Shown here one piece after another: positions 13,148 through 25,557 of a stretch of DNA of 64,000 bases (positions within the stretch are counted from its first letter, which is position 1; each line of letters begins with the position of its first letter). The notes under the pieces are model-generated. The model saw nothing but the letters and a program-made list of their open reading frames with translations, had not been told where the DNA came from and did no database searches. The stretch lies in assembly GCA_002104945.1 (NCBI GenBank), contig MCFH01000065.1, positions 186,001-250,000 on the forward strand, in the 5' to 3' direction. Origin of the DNA: Piromyces finnis finn. Taxonomy: Eukaryota; Fungi; Neocallimastigomycota. The position numbers were made by a program, and so were the translations under genes.

Positions 13148-15664
13148 TCATTTTTTACTTTTAATAAAATGAATATGACATATTTTAAATAATTTAATTA
13201 AATTATGATCTGATAATGGATATTTCATTTTGGATAATATAAGTAAGTTAATGATAGATGTTAAATAATCTGATCCTTTTAAGAAAGGTATTATTTTTAT
13301 ATTAGAAACTAATTTATTTTCTTTTATTAATGAAGAAAGTAAATTACCATCCATAATAATTTCTTCTAAATTTGGTATATTTATTAAATTATTTGGTAAT
13401 GTTTGTAATTTATTATTATGCATATCTAATCTTTTTAATCTTTTAAAGTGAGAGGTAAGGGGTGGAAATTCAGTTAATTGATTATCACTGACATCTATTT
13501 CTGTTATATTATTCATATTGATAATATCATATGGAAGCTTTGTCAACTTTCGTTTCTTCAAATTTATTTTACCACTGTAGAAATCATCGACGTATTGTTT
13601 TATAGATAATGGTTTATCTACATTTAAAACAATTAAATTTGTTAAGTTTTTTATTTCTTTTGGTAATTCCAATAATTGATTATTAAAAAGGTATAAATAA
13701 GTTAATTTCGAAAGATTTCCTATTTCTTTTGGTAATTCAATGATTTGATTATTAGAAAGATATAATTCGGTTAATTTTGAAAGATTTCCTATTTCTTTTG
13801 GTAGCTTTGTTATTTGATTTCCACAAATACTTAAATTTATCAAATTGGTTAAATTTATTATTTCTTTTGGTAATTCCACTAGTTTATTATTGTTTATATT
13901 TAAATTGCTTAATTTAGTTAGATTTCCTATTTCCTTTGGTAATTCCTCAATTTGATTATTGCCCATGAACATATCAGTTAATTTTATTAAATTACCTATT
14001 TCCTTAGGTAATCTTTTAATTTGATTATTTGTAAAGGAGATGTTGGTTAAATTGGTTAAATTTCCAATTTCATTTGGAAATTCCTTTATATCATTTGTAG
14101 AAATATTCAAATGCGTTAATTTATTTAACTTTACTATTTCCTTTGGTAAAGAAACTAAATGATTACAGCTAATATTTAAATAAATTAAATGAGTGAGATT
14201 TCCTATTTCCTTTGGTAAATGAGTTAATTTATTATGCTTAATAATTAAGTTGGTTAAATTGGTTAATTTTCCTATTTCTTCTGGTAAAACAGTGAACTTA
14301 TTTCCTTCAAGATTTAATGTTGTTAAATTGGTTAAATTAACTATATCTTTCGGTAAGGTTGTTAAATGATTTAGTTTAAGATCTAAAGTAGTTAAATTGT
14401 TTAATTCACCTATTTCTTTTGGTAAGGAAGTTAAATCATTTTCTTCAATATTTAAACAGGATAAATTAGTTAATTTAGTTAATTTTCCTATTTCCTCGGG
14501 TAAATCAAAAAATTGGTTTTCATCAAGATTCAAACTCGTTAAACTGGTTAAATTTACTATTTCAATTGGTAATTCGACTAGCTTATTACGTTTAATAATT
14601 AAAGTGGTTAAATGAGTTAAATATTTTATTTCTTCTGGTAAAGTCGTTAAATTATTAAAACTTAAATTTAAATTGTTTAAATGAATTAAATTTCCTATTT
14701 CCTTTGGAAGCTCATCTAACTGATTAGATTCAAAATTTAAATTTGTTAAATGGATTAAACTTCCAATTTCTTTAGGTAATTCACTTAATTGATTATCCTT
14801 TAGATTTAATTTTACCAACTTGGTTAATTTTCCAATTTCTTTCGGAAGTTCGCTTAATTGATTATCCCTAACATTTAAATAGGACAAATTGTTTAAATTT
14901 CCTATTTCCTTTGGTAAAGCAGTGAAATAATTACCTTCAATATTTAAACAAGTTAATTTGGTTAAGTTTTCGATTTCTTTCGGTAAACTCGTTAAGTTAT
15001 TGTATTTAAGACTTAAATAGGTTAATTCTTTTAAATAAACAACTTCCTTTGGAAAAGAAGAGAATTTATTTTCTCTAAGATTTAAACTAGTTAACTTAGT
15101 TAAATTTTCAATTTCCTTTGGTAGCATTGTTAATTGATTTCCTGCAAGATTTAAATTGGTTAATTTGGTTAAGTGACCTATTTCTTTTGGCAAAGTCGTC
15201 AAGTAATTTCCATTGAGATTTAAATTGGTTAAATTGGCCAAGTTACCTATTTCTGCTGGTAATTCACTTATTTTATTAAAATCAAGAATTAAATCGGTTA
15301 GTCCATTTATACTTGATATTCCTTTTGGTAATTTATCGATTTGGTTAAATTCAAAATATAATTTTTTTATTTTCTTCAAATTAAGGATCTCTTTTGGAAT
15401 TTTGTTTAATCTTAAATGCTTTAGTTCTATTGTTTCTAAGTTTTCTGCCTTTTTTAATAAAGCAAATAAGTTATCACCAATATTTGTAACATTATAATCT
15501 TTATTATTAATAATTAAGCTTTTTAAATTTTGAAAAGCAATTTCTTTTTCAGAAATTTCTTTTAATTCTTCTATTCTTATATCTATTATTTCTTTTTCAT
15601 ATTTTCGAAGGTCCTTTTCCAATATTATTAATTGTGGTAGAGTAAAATTATTATCTATTTCCAT
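13148..15664 (-). CDS. Leucine-rich repeat protein, 838 aa, intronless, roughly 25-30 tandem 23-aa LRRs
   Basis: Repeated LPKEIGNLTxLTxLNLxxNxL units. No kinase, ROC or NB-ARC motifs were seen. Confidence 0.93.
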   Translation of the reverse strand: MEIDNNFTLPQLIILEKDLRKYEKEIIDIRIEELKEISEKEIAFQNLKSLIINNKDYNVTNIGDNLFALLKKAENLETIELKHLRLNKIPKEILNLKKIKKLYFEFNQIDKLPKGISSINGLTDLILDFNKISELPAEIGNLANLTNLNLNGNYLTTLPKEIGHLTKLTNLNLAGNQLTMLPKEIENLTKLTSLNLRENKFSSFPKEVVYLKELTYLSLKYNNLTSLPKEIENLTKLTCLNIEGNYFTALPKEIGNLNNLSYLNVRDNQLSELPKEIGKLTKLVKLNLKDNQLSELPKEIGSLIHLTNLNFESNQLDELPKEIGNLIHLNNLNLSFNNLTTLPEEIKYLTHLTTLIIKRNKLVELPIEIVNLTSLTSLNLDENQFFDLPEEIGKLTKLTNLSCLNIEENDLTSLPKEIGELNNLTTLDLKLNHLTTLPKDIVNLTNLTTLNLEGNKFTVLPEEIGKLTNLTNLIIKHNKLTHLPKEIGNLTHLIYLNISCNHLVSLPKEIVKLNKLTHLNISTNDIKEFPNEIGNLTNLTNISFTNNQIKRLPKEIGNLIKLTDMFMGNNQIEELPKEIGNLTKLSNLNINNNKLVELPKEIINLTNLINLSICGNQITKLPKEIGNLSKLTELYLSNNQIIELPKEIGNLSKLTYLYLFNNQLLELPKEIKNLTNLIVLNVDKPLSIKQYVDDFYSGKINLKKRKLTKLPYDIINMNNITEIDVSDNQLTEFPPLTSHFKRLKRLDMHNNKLQTLPNNLINIPNLEEIIMDGNLLSSLIKENKLVSNIKIIPFLKGSDYLTSIINLLILSKMKYPLSDHNLIKLFKICHIHFIKSKK

Positions 15665-16989
15665 TTTATTATTATTATTTTTTTAAACTATCACTTTTTA
15701 TTATTTAATGAATTAGTATTCTGATTATTTCATTATTAAACTTTTTTTGTTTAAGCATGAAATCCTAAATTCTTATAAAATTTTTTTTTTCAAAAATGAT
15801 ATTTTAATTTTACCTTTATTTTATTTTATATATAAAAAAAAAAAAAAAAAAAAAGGAATTGTGTAACCATCTTGTTTTGTGGATAAATGGACAAATTTTA
15901 ATTAGCATAATATATTAAAAGAATATATTAAAATATATTCAAATAAATGACTTTTATGTAGTATTAATTAAATTTAATTGAAACTTTTTAAAAATTTTTT
16001 TTTCCAATAAAAACTTTAATTTCTATAAAATTAGTTAAAAAGGAATTTATTATAAATTTACATATATTTATGTTAATGTAATTATATTAAACACGGGATT
16101 ATTCATATGATTAATATCATTATTTATGTGGGATGATGAAACTTTAATAAATATAATTTTTTAATATTTCCATCATCAAAGTTTCATTTTTTTTTATCGA
16201 ATAACGAATCAAAATCAATCCTTTTATTGTTGTCTTAAAAAAAAAAAAAAAATAATAAGTTTTTACCATTATATATTTTCGTTTGCTCCTATTCCTGAGG
16301 CCTATATATTAATAATTAAAGAATATCCGATTTTTATAATATTAAAAAGGATGATATGGATCATACATATACATTATAAATTATACATTACATTTCAATA
16401 CATTAATATTCATTCCTATTTCTATAATATTTAATAGTAAAATATAATTTGTTAAATATTAAACATTTAAATAAGAAATGTAATAAAATTCATTATAAAT
16501 AACAATTGATGTATACATAATGTAGTTAAACATATAATGTATTGAAAATGTAGGAAATACTAGAAATAGCTACAAGAATTAAGTATAATAGTTTTAATTT
16601 TAAAATTAAATAAAAATTAGATAAAGATTAATAAAATTTCATTTCAATGAGGTTTGCTTAATAAAAATTTCATTAAGTTCTGAAATCATTAATAAAAATT
16701 AGAATTGATTCATTTAAATTAATTTGGAAGAAATAAAGACTACTTTGAAAAGTGGATAAAGTACAATTGTTATTGCTCATTTTTACTATTATTATTATTA
16801 TTAATTATCATTTTTGGAAAATAGTAAACTTAAAAAAAAAACAATTAGATGCACTAGCAAATAAAATGTAATCTCTAAGAATTCAAATGTCTTAATATTC
16901 ATTAGTTTTTTTTTTATAAACTATACTTTTAAAATTTTTTCATCCTTTTTTTTTCTAGAATTTTTTTATAGAGTATTCTTTTTTCATTT

Positions 16990-17176
16990 AACTTAATGTA
17001 ATTCAAATAAGTATAACAGTAAAATGTAACTCTACATTTAATAAATTTAATAATGAATGTATATAGAATGAACAAATACTAATATGTAATATTAATATTT
17101 AAGAATAAAATGAAATATGTACATGAATTCTATAATTATATATACATAATGTATTATAATATTATAATATATATCA

Positions 17177-17214
<38 letters not shown>

Positions 17215-17298
17215 GAAATATTATATATAAATTTTAAATATGAAATTACATGTTTTAAATATGGCTAATATGTAGCTAGACATATTAATTTCATATCA
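16990..17298 (-). repeat. Partial LTR-A copy
   Basis: Ends ATATGGCTAATATGTAGCTAGACATATTAATTTCATATCA, the reverse complement of the LTR-A 5' end. Confidence 0.8.
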
Positions 17299-19268
17299 AA
17301 AATTATTACTAATATATTATTTATCATTAATAGATTAAAGGAAGATGTTGATAAAGAATGTAAGGATCATCCAAACGATGTTAAGATTCCTTGGAAAAAT
17401 ATTTGTTAATAATTAAAGTTTAATAAGTTATAATATTAGCAGAAATGTTATATTGTTTATATTAATATATTACAAATTTCTCTTATTCTTTTGTATATTA
17501 ATCTAAAGTTATATACAGTTTATTTATAATATATAAAAATTTATCAAGATTAATGTATAAAATAATGGAATATTTTTATTTATGAAGGTCTAATTGTATG
17601 TTTAATTACACAAAATTCAATTTTATATTGCACATTTAATATTATGGAAATTACATACAGAATATACTTTTTAAGGTTTTTAACAAGAATATCATGTAAT
17701 CACAATAGAGTAAAACTAAAATTTCAATAAATAGCATTGATAATGAAAGGTTAAAATAAAAATAATGAATATATATACATATATTAGTATTATAATCTTA
17801 TATAAAATATATATTTAACAGAATTAAGAAATAAAGAAATTATAGCTTGCTACATATTAAAATCTATTATTAATTAATTATTGCTTAAAATAATATAAAT
17901 ATAGATATAATTGAGATTTAAATTGTATTAAATATTTTCTAACTTATTTATCATTTTATATACTAATTTTTTTTTTTTATCTTATTATCTAAATATTAAT
18001 ATACTAATGTGTATTATTAATTATTTTAATACAAAAAGGGAGAAAAGTATAAGAAAATCATTCTATCTATATAAAGAAACTATAATAGTAAGTAATATAC
18101 ATGTAAATTTAAAACTTTTGAAGTTATTTATATATAATTTCTATATTAATTTACAACATCATAAATTTTAAATTATAAGATTTAAATATTTTTATCAATA
18201 AAATTTAAAAAAGTAATAAACTTTAATGCAAAAACAAAAACTTATATAATACAAAAATGATATAATAGGATTATATAAATTACAATTATATAGGTATTAT
18301 AAATAAATATAGGTTATAATTATTTTTATTTAATATGAATATCTATTATGAAATAAAATTTAGAATATAATGTTAATAATATTTTTGTATTAATTATCAA
18401 AAAAAAAAAAATACTTTCGAATATTAAAATAATTTATAATATTCTAATTTTCTAATATCTTTTTTTTCTATTTTTTATATTTTCATATTTTATAATATTT
18501 TTAATATCTTTATTTAAATAAAAAAAGAACACTTTAAATACAACATCATACTTTAAAAAATGTATTTATAAAATATATATAATATTAATAAAAGTTCATA
18601 TGTTATATAATATTATGAAAAATAAATAAATTATGATAGGAAAAGCTGTATAGTTATAATTAACATAAAATCAACATATATATATATATTATTAAAATAT
18701 TACGATTTTTATCATATTAATTGCACATATATATTTATAAATAATGGAAAAGAGAAAGAAAAAAAATAAAATTGTATATATGACTATAATAGCAAAAGTA
18801 ATTATACGAATAGAATATATTATTAAGGAAACCAAAATTATTGATTATTTAAAAAGAAAATGAAAATTTAATAGATGAATATTACAAACAATTAATCTTT
18901 TAAATATTATTTTTATCATTTATAATGAAATTAATCAATTAATTACTATATATAATAATTATAAAAAGTTATGAAAAAATATTTCATATATATAAATGAT
19001 TTCAAGCAGAAAAAAATATTAATCGTTTCTCAGTTAATAATAAAACTTATTATTTTATTTCACTAAATAAGATAATATATTATTTCTTATATTAAATAAA
19101 TAATAATATAGATAAAAAAAACTATAATATTTTTTTATTTTTTCTCTTTAAAATTTAAAATACCTTGTATTAATAATATTATTTTTTTTTTCATTATTAT
19201 AATAGATACAATAAAAATTGGAATAGTCAAATTTATAATAATATAAAAAAATTATATAAAATATTAAA

Positions 19269-19924
19269 ATGACTTCAAAGTACACATTTGCTAATTTGTT
19301 AAATGGTGAAACCAATGGCAAAATGTCATTAGACACTTTTATGGATTATTTAAAAAAAGAACATGCTGAAGGTACATTTATATCACCATGATTTAATATT
19401 TAATACATTAGTATATATTATTTTTAATAAATATTTATAATTTTTTTATAATAAATAAAATATGTTAATATCATATATTTAACAATTCCAAAATATAATA
19501 AAAAAAAATGATTAACCCTAAAGAAAATCTTGAGTTTTGGTTAGAAGCTGTTAAATATCGTGAAGAAGCAAGTAAATATTTCCAATGTCAATCATTATGG
19601 ATAAAAAAATCAGACGAAAATAATCGTTGCTCATATCAAATGACTCCATTAAGTCAATTTTCACCATCACTTCCAGAAAAAGTAGAGATGTCTAGTGAAG
19701 TTAAAGAAAAATTTGAAGCAAGTTTAGAAAATATACTGAAGAATTATGTTGTTCCTGGAAGTGATAAAGAAATTGGTGTACCATCATCTATAGGAAAGAA
19801 ATTAATTGAGGAAGTGAGAGTAAAAAAGAATTTTAATCCAGATATATTAAAACAATCAATGGATGTTGCATATGAAAATATGAAAAATAATAGTTTTTTG
19901 AGTTATACTAAAGCAATGAAATAA
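19269..19924 (+). CDS. RGS (regulator of G-protein signalling) domain protein, 2 exons (19269-19371, 19524-19924), 167 aa
   Basis: The spliced product reads ...FMDYLKKEHAEENLEFWLEAVKYR...YVVPGSDKEIGV..., the RGS consensus. The intron GTACAT...ATTAAC..TAAAG restores the frame. Confidence 0.85.
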
Positions 19925-20750
19925 ATAAAATGAATAAAAAACAATGATATTTATACTAGTAAAATAATATAGAAAAAGATTAAAAAAAAAATTGATATAA
20001 AATATTATCAAACGTACAAACAAACATAAAAAAAATAAGTAAATTTTATCCTTAAAAAAAATAGTTAAATATAATTCAGTAATTCTTCAAATATATTAAA
20101 ATTAATTAAACAAATAATAGTAATAGTAATCTAAAATAGAAATTTGAAAAAGTTACTGATTGAATAAAAATTCTATACTTATTTTATATAAATATTTTTT
20201 ATTTTATTTTATTGTTAATGACAATATTAATAGTTTTTATATATTTATCATTAAATTATATATTATTAATGTAGTGATGATAATAGAGGAAATTTTTATT
20301 GATGTTTATTGAATAAAAATAATAATAAATGTAGTAAATAAAAAAATTGAAATGAATATATTTTTTAAATAAAAATTAAAAATATTATTTGAATCAAAGT
20401 TCGAAACTATAATATTTTAAAAGAAATTATAGGAATTGTCATAGTAATAGAATAAAAATAAAACTATTTTAATAAGTGATACTAATGATAATAATGAGGG
20501 TATAAGAATTATGTTAGCGTAAATTACTTTTTTATAAGATGAATATTTTAAAATATATTGAACAAAATTTAATTAAAATTATATATTAATTTTTAGAAAC
20601 AAAAACAAAAAACTTTATTTTCTTAAATTTTTTTAAAATTTTTTTTAAAACTTTATTTATTCATTTGACTAAATTCATACTTTATAATTTTTTTTTTTTT
20701 TTAAATTATATCAGTTATTAAATATTATTAAGATATTATATTAATCAATA

Positions 20751-22109
20751 ATGTCAAGGAATAACGCTAATTCTGAAAAATATATTGAAGCCAATACAGA
20801 TGGAACCCAAAGTAATAGTAAAGATAAAATAGCATCATACAGAACTTTATCTTTTACACCAAAACATAAACAAAACTATACATCTTTATCAAATACAAAT
20901 AGAAAAGAAAATGAATTAGTGGCAAAAGATACCATAAATAAAAATTTAGAGAGTATCAATCTTAAAAAAGATATTGATTCATCACCAAGATCTTTAAAAA
21001 TAAATCAGGGAGAGTATGACAAATCAAATAATATTTCAGCTCAACCATCCATGACAATATCATTGCCAGATTCAAAAACTTTAAATAATCAAAATGAAAT
21101 TTTTATGCCTCCTCAAATTATATTATCTTTTCAAGATGACGGTTTGGATAATGATGAAAATTTAGACGAAACTAATAATAAAATTTTATATACAAGCAAT
21201 GAAGGATATCGAATTGGTGAAGAAAAGATTATCAATAATTTTGAAGATTTAAATAAAATTATTAATTTTGGGGATGAAAAAGAACCAGAAACTGATGAAT
21301 TTCTTATTATACGTGCTAAAAATCATAGTGATATTATAAAAAATGATGAAGAATTAGAAGAAATGAAAAAAATATCAATTAAATATGCTGATTCTGAAGA
21401 TGCACTCAATAAATTTGATTTTGGCATCAAAAAGGAAACTATATCAAAAAATGAAGAATCTAAAACTGAGAAGGATATAGTTAATCAAAATCAAAAATCA
21501 GATTATAAATTAAATAATAAAAAAAAAAGCATTATTGACGAAAAAACTAAATCAGTAATATCAGTAACTGAAGTAGAAGAAGATGATGATTCACCTAAAC
21601 CCGAAAAGAAAGCATCCCTTCAAACACCTTCATTGATGCAGATGTCAAATAATAATAAAAGAGGTAGAAGATATTCAACAATGCCATTTGTTCCTGTAAA
21701 AAATAATAAAATCACAGGTGATCATATTGATACCAATAACGAAATAATTCCAACAGAATTTTTAAATAATAAATCAAATATTCATTCAGACGTAGCAAGT
21801 CAATACAATTCAAAGTTTTCAACATCGTTAAAAGAATTTATTCCTCAGAGAGGTTTGCTTTATTCTGAATTCCAGCAATTCAATTCAAGTTGGATATTGT
21901 GTAAACCAAAATTATTACCTTTGAAATCGATTGAAATACAAAAAATCGAAAAAATGGAAAAAGCTGTTTATAAAGCCCGTCAAAATACTGGTATCAGATT
22001 AACTCGAACAGCAAGTTATCATACAGTTCAACAACAAAATATTAGAACAAATGAAATACATACATCGCCTGAAATTATTTCTGGTAAAAAACCTGATATA
22101 GCTGTGTAG
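20751..22109 (+). CDS. BBIP1: 452-aa protein with a long low-complexity N-terminus and a C-terminal BBIP10/BBS18 (BBSome-interacting protein)-like domain
   Basis: Bases ~21831-21990 encode [10 protein letters not shown]...[24 protein letters not shown]. This closely matches the BBIP1 motif as I recall it (EVLPKQG.L...[21 protein letters not shown]). Confidence 0.72.
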   Translation: [452 protein letters not shown]

Positions 22110-22274
22110 AATTTATTTATTTTTATTTTATCAAAATAATCTATAAATTTTTTAATTATTAATAATATACTATTTGCAAATATATAATTTATATAGATCG
22201 CTACAATTTTAATAATAATTATAATAATAAAATATGTATTTTTTTCTCAATAATTAAACGGTGTATAATTTATT

Positions 22275-23076
22275 TTATTTTTTGTTCCATATGTCTTCAT
22301 ATTGAGTAAATAATGGTCTAAGTTGTGCAGCTTCTTCTGCCATTTCTTGTTCACTTCTTGGTTTTCTTTCATCATTGTCAACTTTATTTTTAAATTCTTT
22401 TGATTTCCATTCTGATTTATCAACATCATCGTAAATATCATCATTATTTTTCCAATCATTTTTATTTCTTGGAATTATATGAACATGAACGTGTTCTACT
22501 GTTTGTCCAGCTTCTGGTCCATCCTTTATATTTAATTGAAATTTTAATTTTTTTTTTTTTTTTTTTTTTTATAATTATTATTTTATTAATAGTATATTTA
22601 ATATTTACTTGTATTGTAATTGTTAAAGATTTTCCATTATATTTTTTTTCAATTTCTTTCCCAACAATTTGAACTGATTCAAATAAATCATTTAATTCTT
22701 CTTTGGTAATATCTTGAAAACGCTTAACCACTCTTTTCGGAATAATTAAAACATCTTTAATATATAAAAGTTAAGAATAATATGTATAAATTTTTTTTTT
22801 TTTTTTTTTTTTTGAATGATATAAAATTTATTTTATACCAAATTAAAAAGGATACGTCCACTTTTTTTAAAATAATAATAATAAAGGAATATATATATAT
22901 TTAATTGATTATTAATTTATTTTATACCTATTTATATTTATTAATTTCAAATATTAATAAAATAGTTACGGTGAAATAGGTTTTAAGTTGACTAAACCAA
23001 AGCTATATTTCGAATTAAAAAATATTTGAGATCTATAAATTTTAAATTGCCCAAAATAATATTGAACTTCACTCAT
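22275..23076 (-). CDS. FHIT: Bis(5'-adenosyl)-triphosphatase (FHIT/Hnt2, HIT family), 4 exons: 22970-23076, 22856-22860, 22609-22754, 22275-22523; 168 aa
   Basis: The spliced product reads ...VNLKPISPGHVLIIPKRVVKRF...[26 protein letters not shown]...RSEQEMAEEAAQLR. It has the HIT motif HVHVH. All introns are GT-AG and the exon lengths sum to 507 nt. Confidence 0.92.
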
Positions 23077-23275
23077 TCTTATTAGTTTTCTAAAAATAAA
23101 ATAATAATTTTAAATATATAAATATTTTATAATTTTTATAAAATAGATTTATTCGTATTCTTTTATATCATATTTGTATAAATCACGTAACTAAATTGTA
23201 AACATAAACATAAATATGTATTAATAGCATTATAAAGTAAATGTAATAGTTTATGTGTTCACGTGATTTGATATT

Positions 23276-23685
23276 TGATATATGTTTCTTTTATGTTGTA
23301 GTCATTTAATATTAGTTTATTTATAATTTATTATATTAGGTGAAAATATTTTATTACTATTATTAACTTCTCTCTTCTTAATAATTTCACTTATAATATT
23401 TTCTTATTAATTATTAAAACTCTTCTCTCTAATTATTAATTATTTTTACATGAATATTTTTATATTATAAAATTCCTTTACATATAATTGAATATCAATT
23501 ATATAATGTAATGTATTCATAATATATGAATAATAATTAAATAGGATATAATATAATATATTTTTCATTTTAAATGAAGTATTACTATATAAGGAAAAGT
23601 AATATAATACAAATAGGTATTACAATAAAATGTAACTCTACATTTAATAAATTTAATAATGAATGTATATAGAATAAACAAATAC
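23276..23685 (-). repeat. Partial inverted LTR-A copy (3' part)
   Basis: Starts TGATATATGTTTCTTTTATGTTGTAG, the reverse complement of the LTR-A 3' end at 63296-63321. Confidence 0.8.
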
Positions 23686-23826
23686 TGCTGATGCTTTATC
23701 CAGAATAACTTTGAAAGAGAACTTAATTGTTAACACTACTATTTCTGATGGTAAGACAATAATAATAAAGATGAAAATAATAGTAATGTTAATAAGTTTA
23801 ATGCTAATAATTTGGATAATTTGGAA

Positions 23827-23867
<41 letters not shown>

Positions 23868-24490
23868 CAATAGTTCCAATTTTACCGAGGAGGAGAACGA
23901 AAAATTTGTTTCCGACTTTATGAAAAAAATTTTAAATGATAAAATTGTCACTATTGACAATAAATTATATTTCAAAGATAATAATAATAATTTTAGGGAG
24001 ATTATTGATGATCCTTACACAAAAATTAAAATAATTGCAAAAGAACATAGAATTGGACATGAAGGAGTACAGAAAACTTAGAAAAGAATCAAAAACAAAT
24101 TTTATTGGAAAAACTTAATTATAGATGTAAAAAAAATATGTCTCTTTATGTAAGATCTGTCAGTTAAATAAATCTGAGTCATTACCAAAGCCGACAGAAA
24201 AGTTTAGAACTCCTGTAGAAGCACCTTTTGTTAGACTTGGTCTAGATATTATAGGTCCATTAAAAGAAACTACACTTGGAAACAAATATATAATGGTATG
24301 TGTGGATTACTTTACAAAATGGGTGGAAGCAAAACCAGTTAGAACTACTACTTCTCAAGACGTAACTAATTTCTTAGTTGAAGTGTTTAGTAGGCATGGA
24401 ACTTTTCAAATAGTAATAACAGATAATGGTGTACAATTTGTTTCAGATTACACAAAAAAATTTGTAGACCTTTATGGCGTATACATTCAT
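23684..24490 (+). pseudogene. Gypsy-A pol remnant: end of RNase H plus integrase N-terminus and core
   Basis: TADALSR (RNase H end) is followed by HRIGHEGVQKT*..CQLNK (HHCC), LDIIGPL, VDYFTKWVEA and VITDNGVQF. It has stops and frameshifts and is cut at 24491 by an LTR insertion. The RH-then-IN order indicates Ty3/gypsy. Confidence 0.85.
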
Positions 24491-24628
24491 TGTAAAAGTA
24501 TAAAATTTAAAACAGATTTTATACTTAAAACAAAACAATTTTTATTAACACAAAAAAATAAAAAAATAAAACATTAAATTTTTATTTTAAGAAAACATTT
24601 TATTTAAACTCTTAAAAATATTATTAAC
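24491..24628 (-). repeat. Fragment of an LTR-B end inserted in the gypsy-A integrase
   Basis: TGTAAAAGTATAAAATTTAAAACAG... is identical to the LARD LTR terminus at 29715 and 35233. Confidence 0.85.
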
Positions 24629-25527
24629 TGTAAAAGTGTAAAGTCGACACAAAAGAATAGATTAGGATATCTATTCTATTACAATAACACTAAAGATTTA
24701 TATAAAATTGTTTTGTTAAAAAAATATCTTTTATTATAATAGAAATTATATTAATAACAATTACATCGATAAAATGATGAAAAATATCTTCTATTTATAT
24801 TTTTCCTAAATACATTTATATTATATTATAACTATTTATTTCTTATATATTATTATTTAAAATCTACACTAAAATCTTAATTATTAATAAATATTTAAAC
24901 TATAACTATTTTTAGTAAAATACAATTGGCAATTCAAATTAAGTACTATTCAATTTGAATATGTGCCCATGTATTATTGATATATTAAACATTTAATAAT
25001 TATATACTAGATGTCTATTTCTATTACAAAACTGTAAAAGTATAAAATTTAAAACAGATTTTATACTTTAAACAAAACAATTTTTATTAACACAAAAATA
25101 AAAAAATAAAACATTAAATTTTTATTTTAAAAAAAAACATTTTTATTTAAACTTTTAAAAATATTATTAACTATATAATAGTTAATAATTAAAAAATTGA
25201 AAATAACAATTACCTCGATTTAACAAATAAAAATTACATGTATTTATATTTTTTCATAATTATATTCTAATATATTATTCTATTTAAATAAACATATTGT
25301 TAAACATTAATAATTTAACTTAAATCTAGAAATATGTAGAATAGAATAGAATTATGTATTACTAATATATTTAGTCATAGAATATTCTCATGATAAATAA
25401 TACGCCACAATCCTTAGTATAAATAGAGAATAAATTTATGAACTATTTATGTACTTTGTAATTACCTTTTTATTAATAATATTAATAAATAAAGTTTATA
25501 TTAAAAACAATATTATAAATTTTCTCA

Positions 25528-25540
25528 GATTAAGAGTCTC
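25528..25540 (+). promoter_or_regulatory. Copia primer-binding site complementary to the tRNA-Lys(CUU) anticodon arm
   Basis: GATTAAGAGTCTC directly abuts the LTR CA. Its reverse complement GAGA-CTCTTAA-TC is the anticodon stem-loop of eukaryotic tRNA-Lys(CUU). Confidence 0.75.
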
Positions 25541-25557
25541 AAAACTTTCTTAATACC

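Noticed and set aside
14397-15497. Antisense ORFs within the LRR gene, and the many short ORFs overlapping copia and gypsy genes
   Set aside because: They are shadow frames of repetitive or AT-biased coding sequence with no recognisable motifs.
17330-17410. Possible orphan terminal exon (RLKEDVDKECKDHPNDVKIPWKNIC*)
   Set aside because: It looks coding-like and follows an AG, but no upstream exons or family could be identified, and an LTR-A fragment sits immediately 5'.
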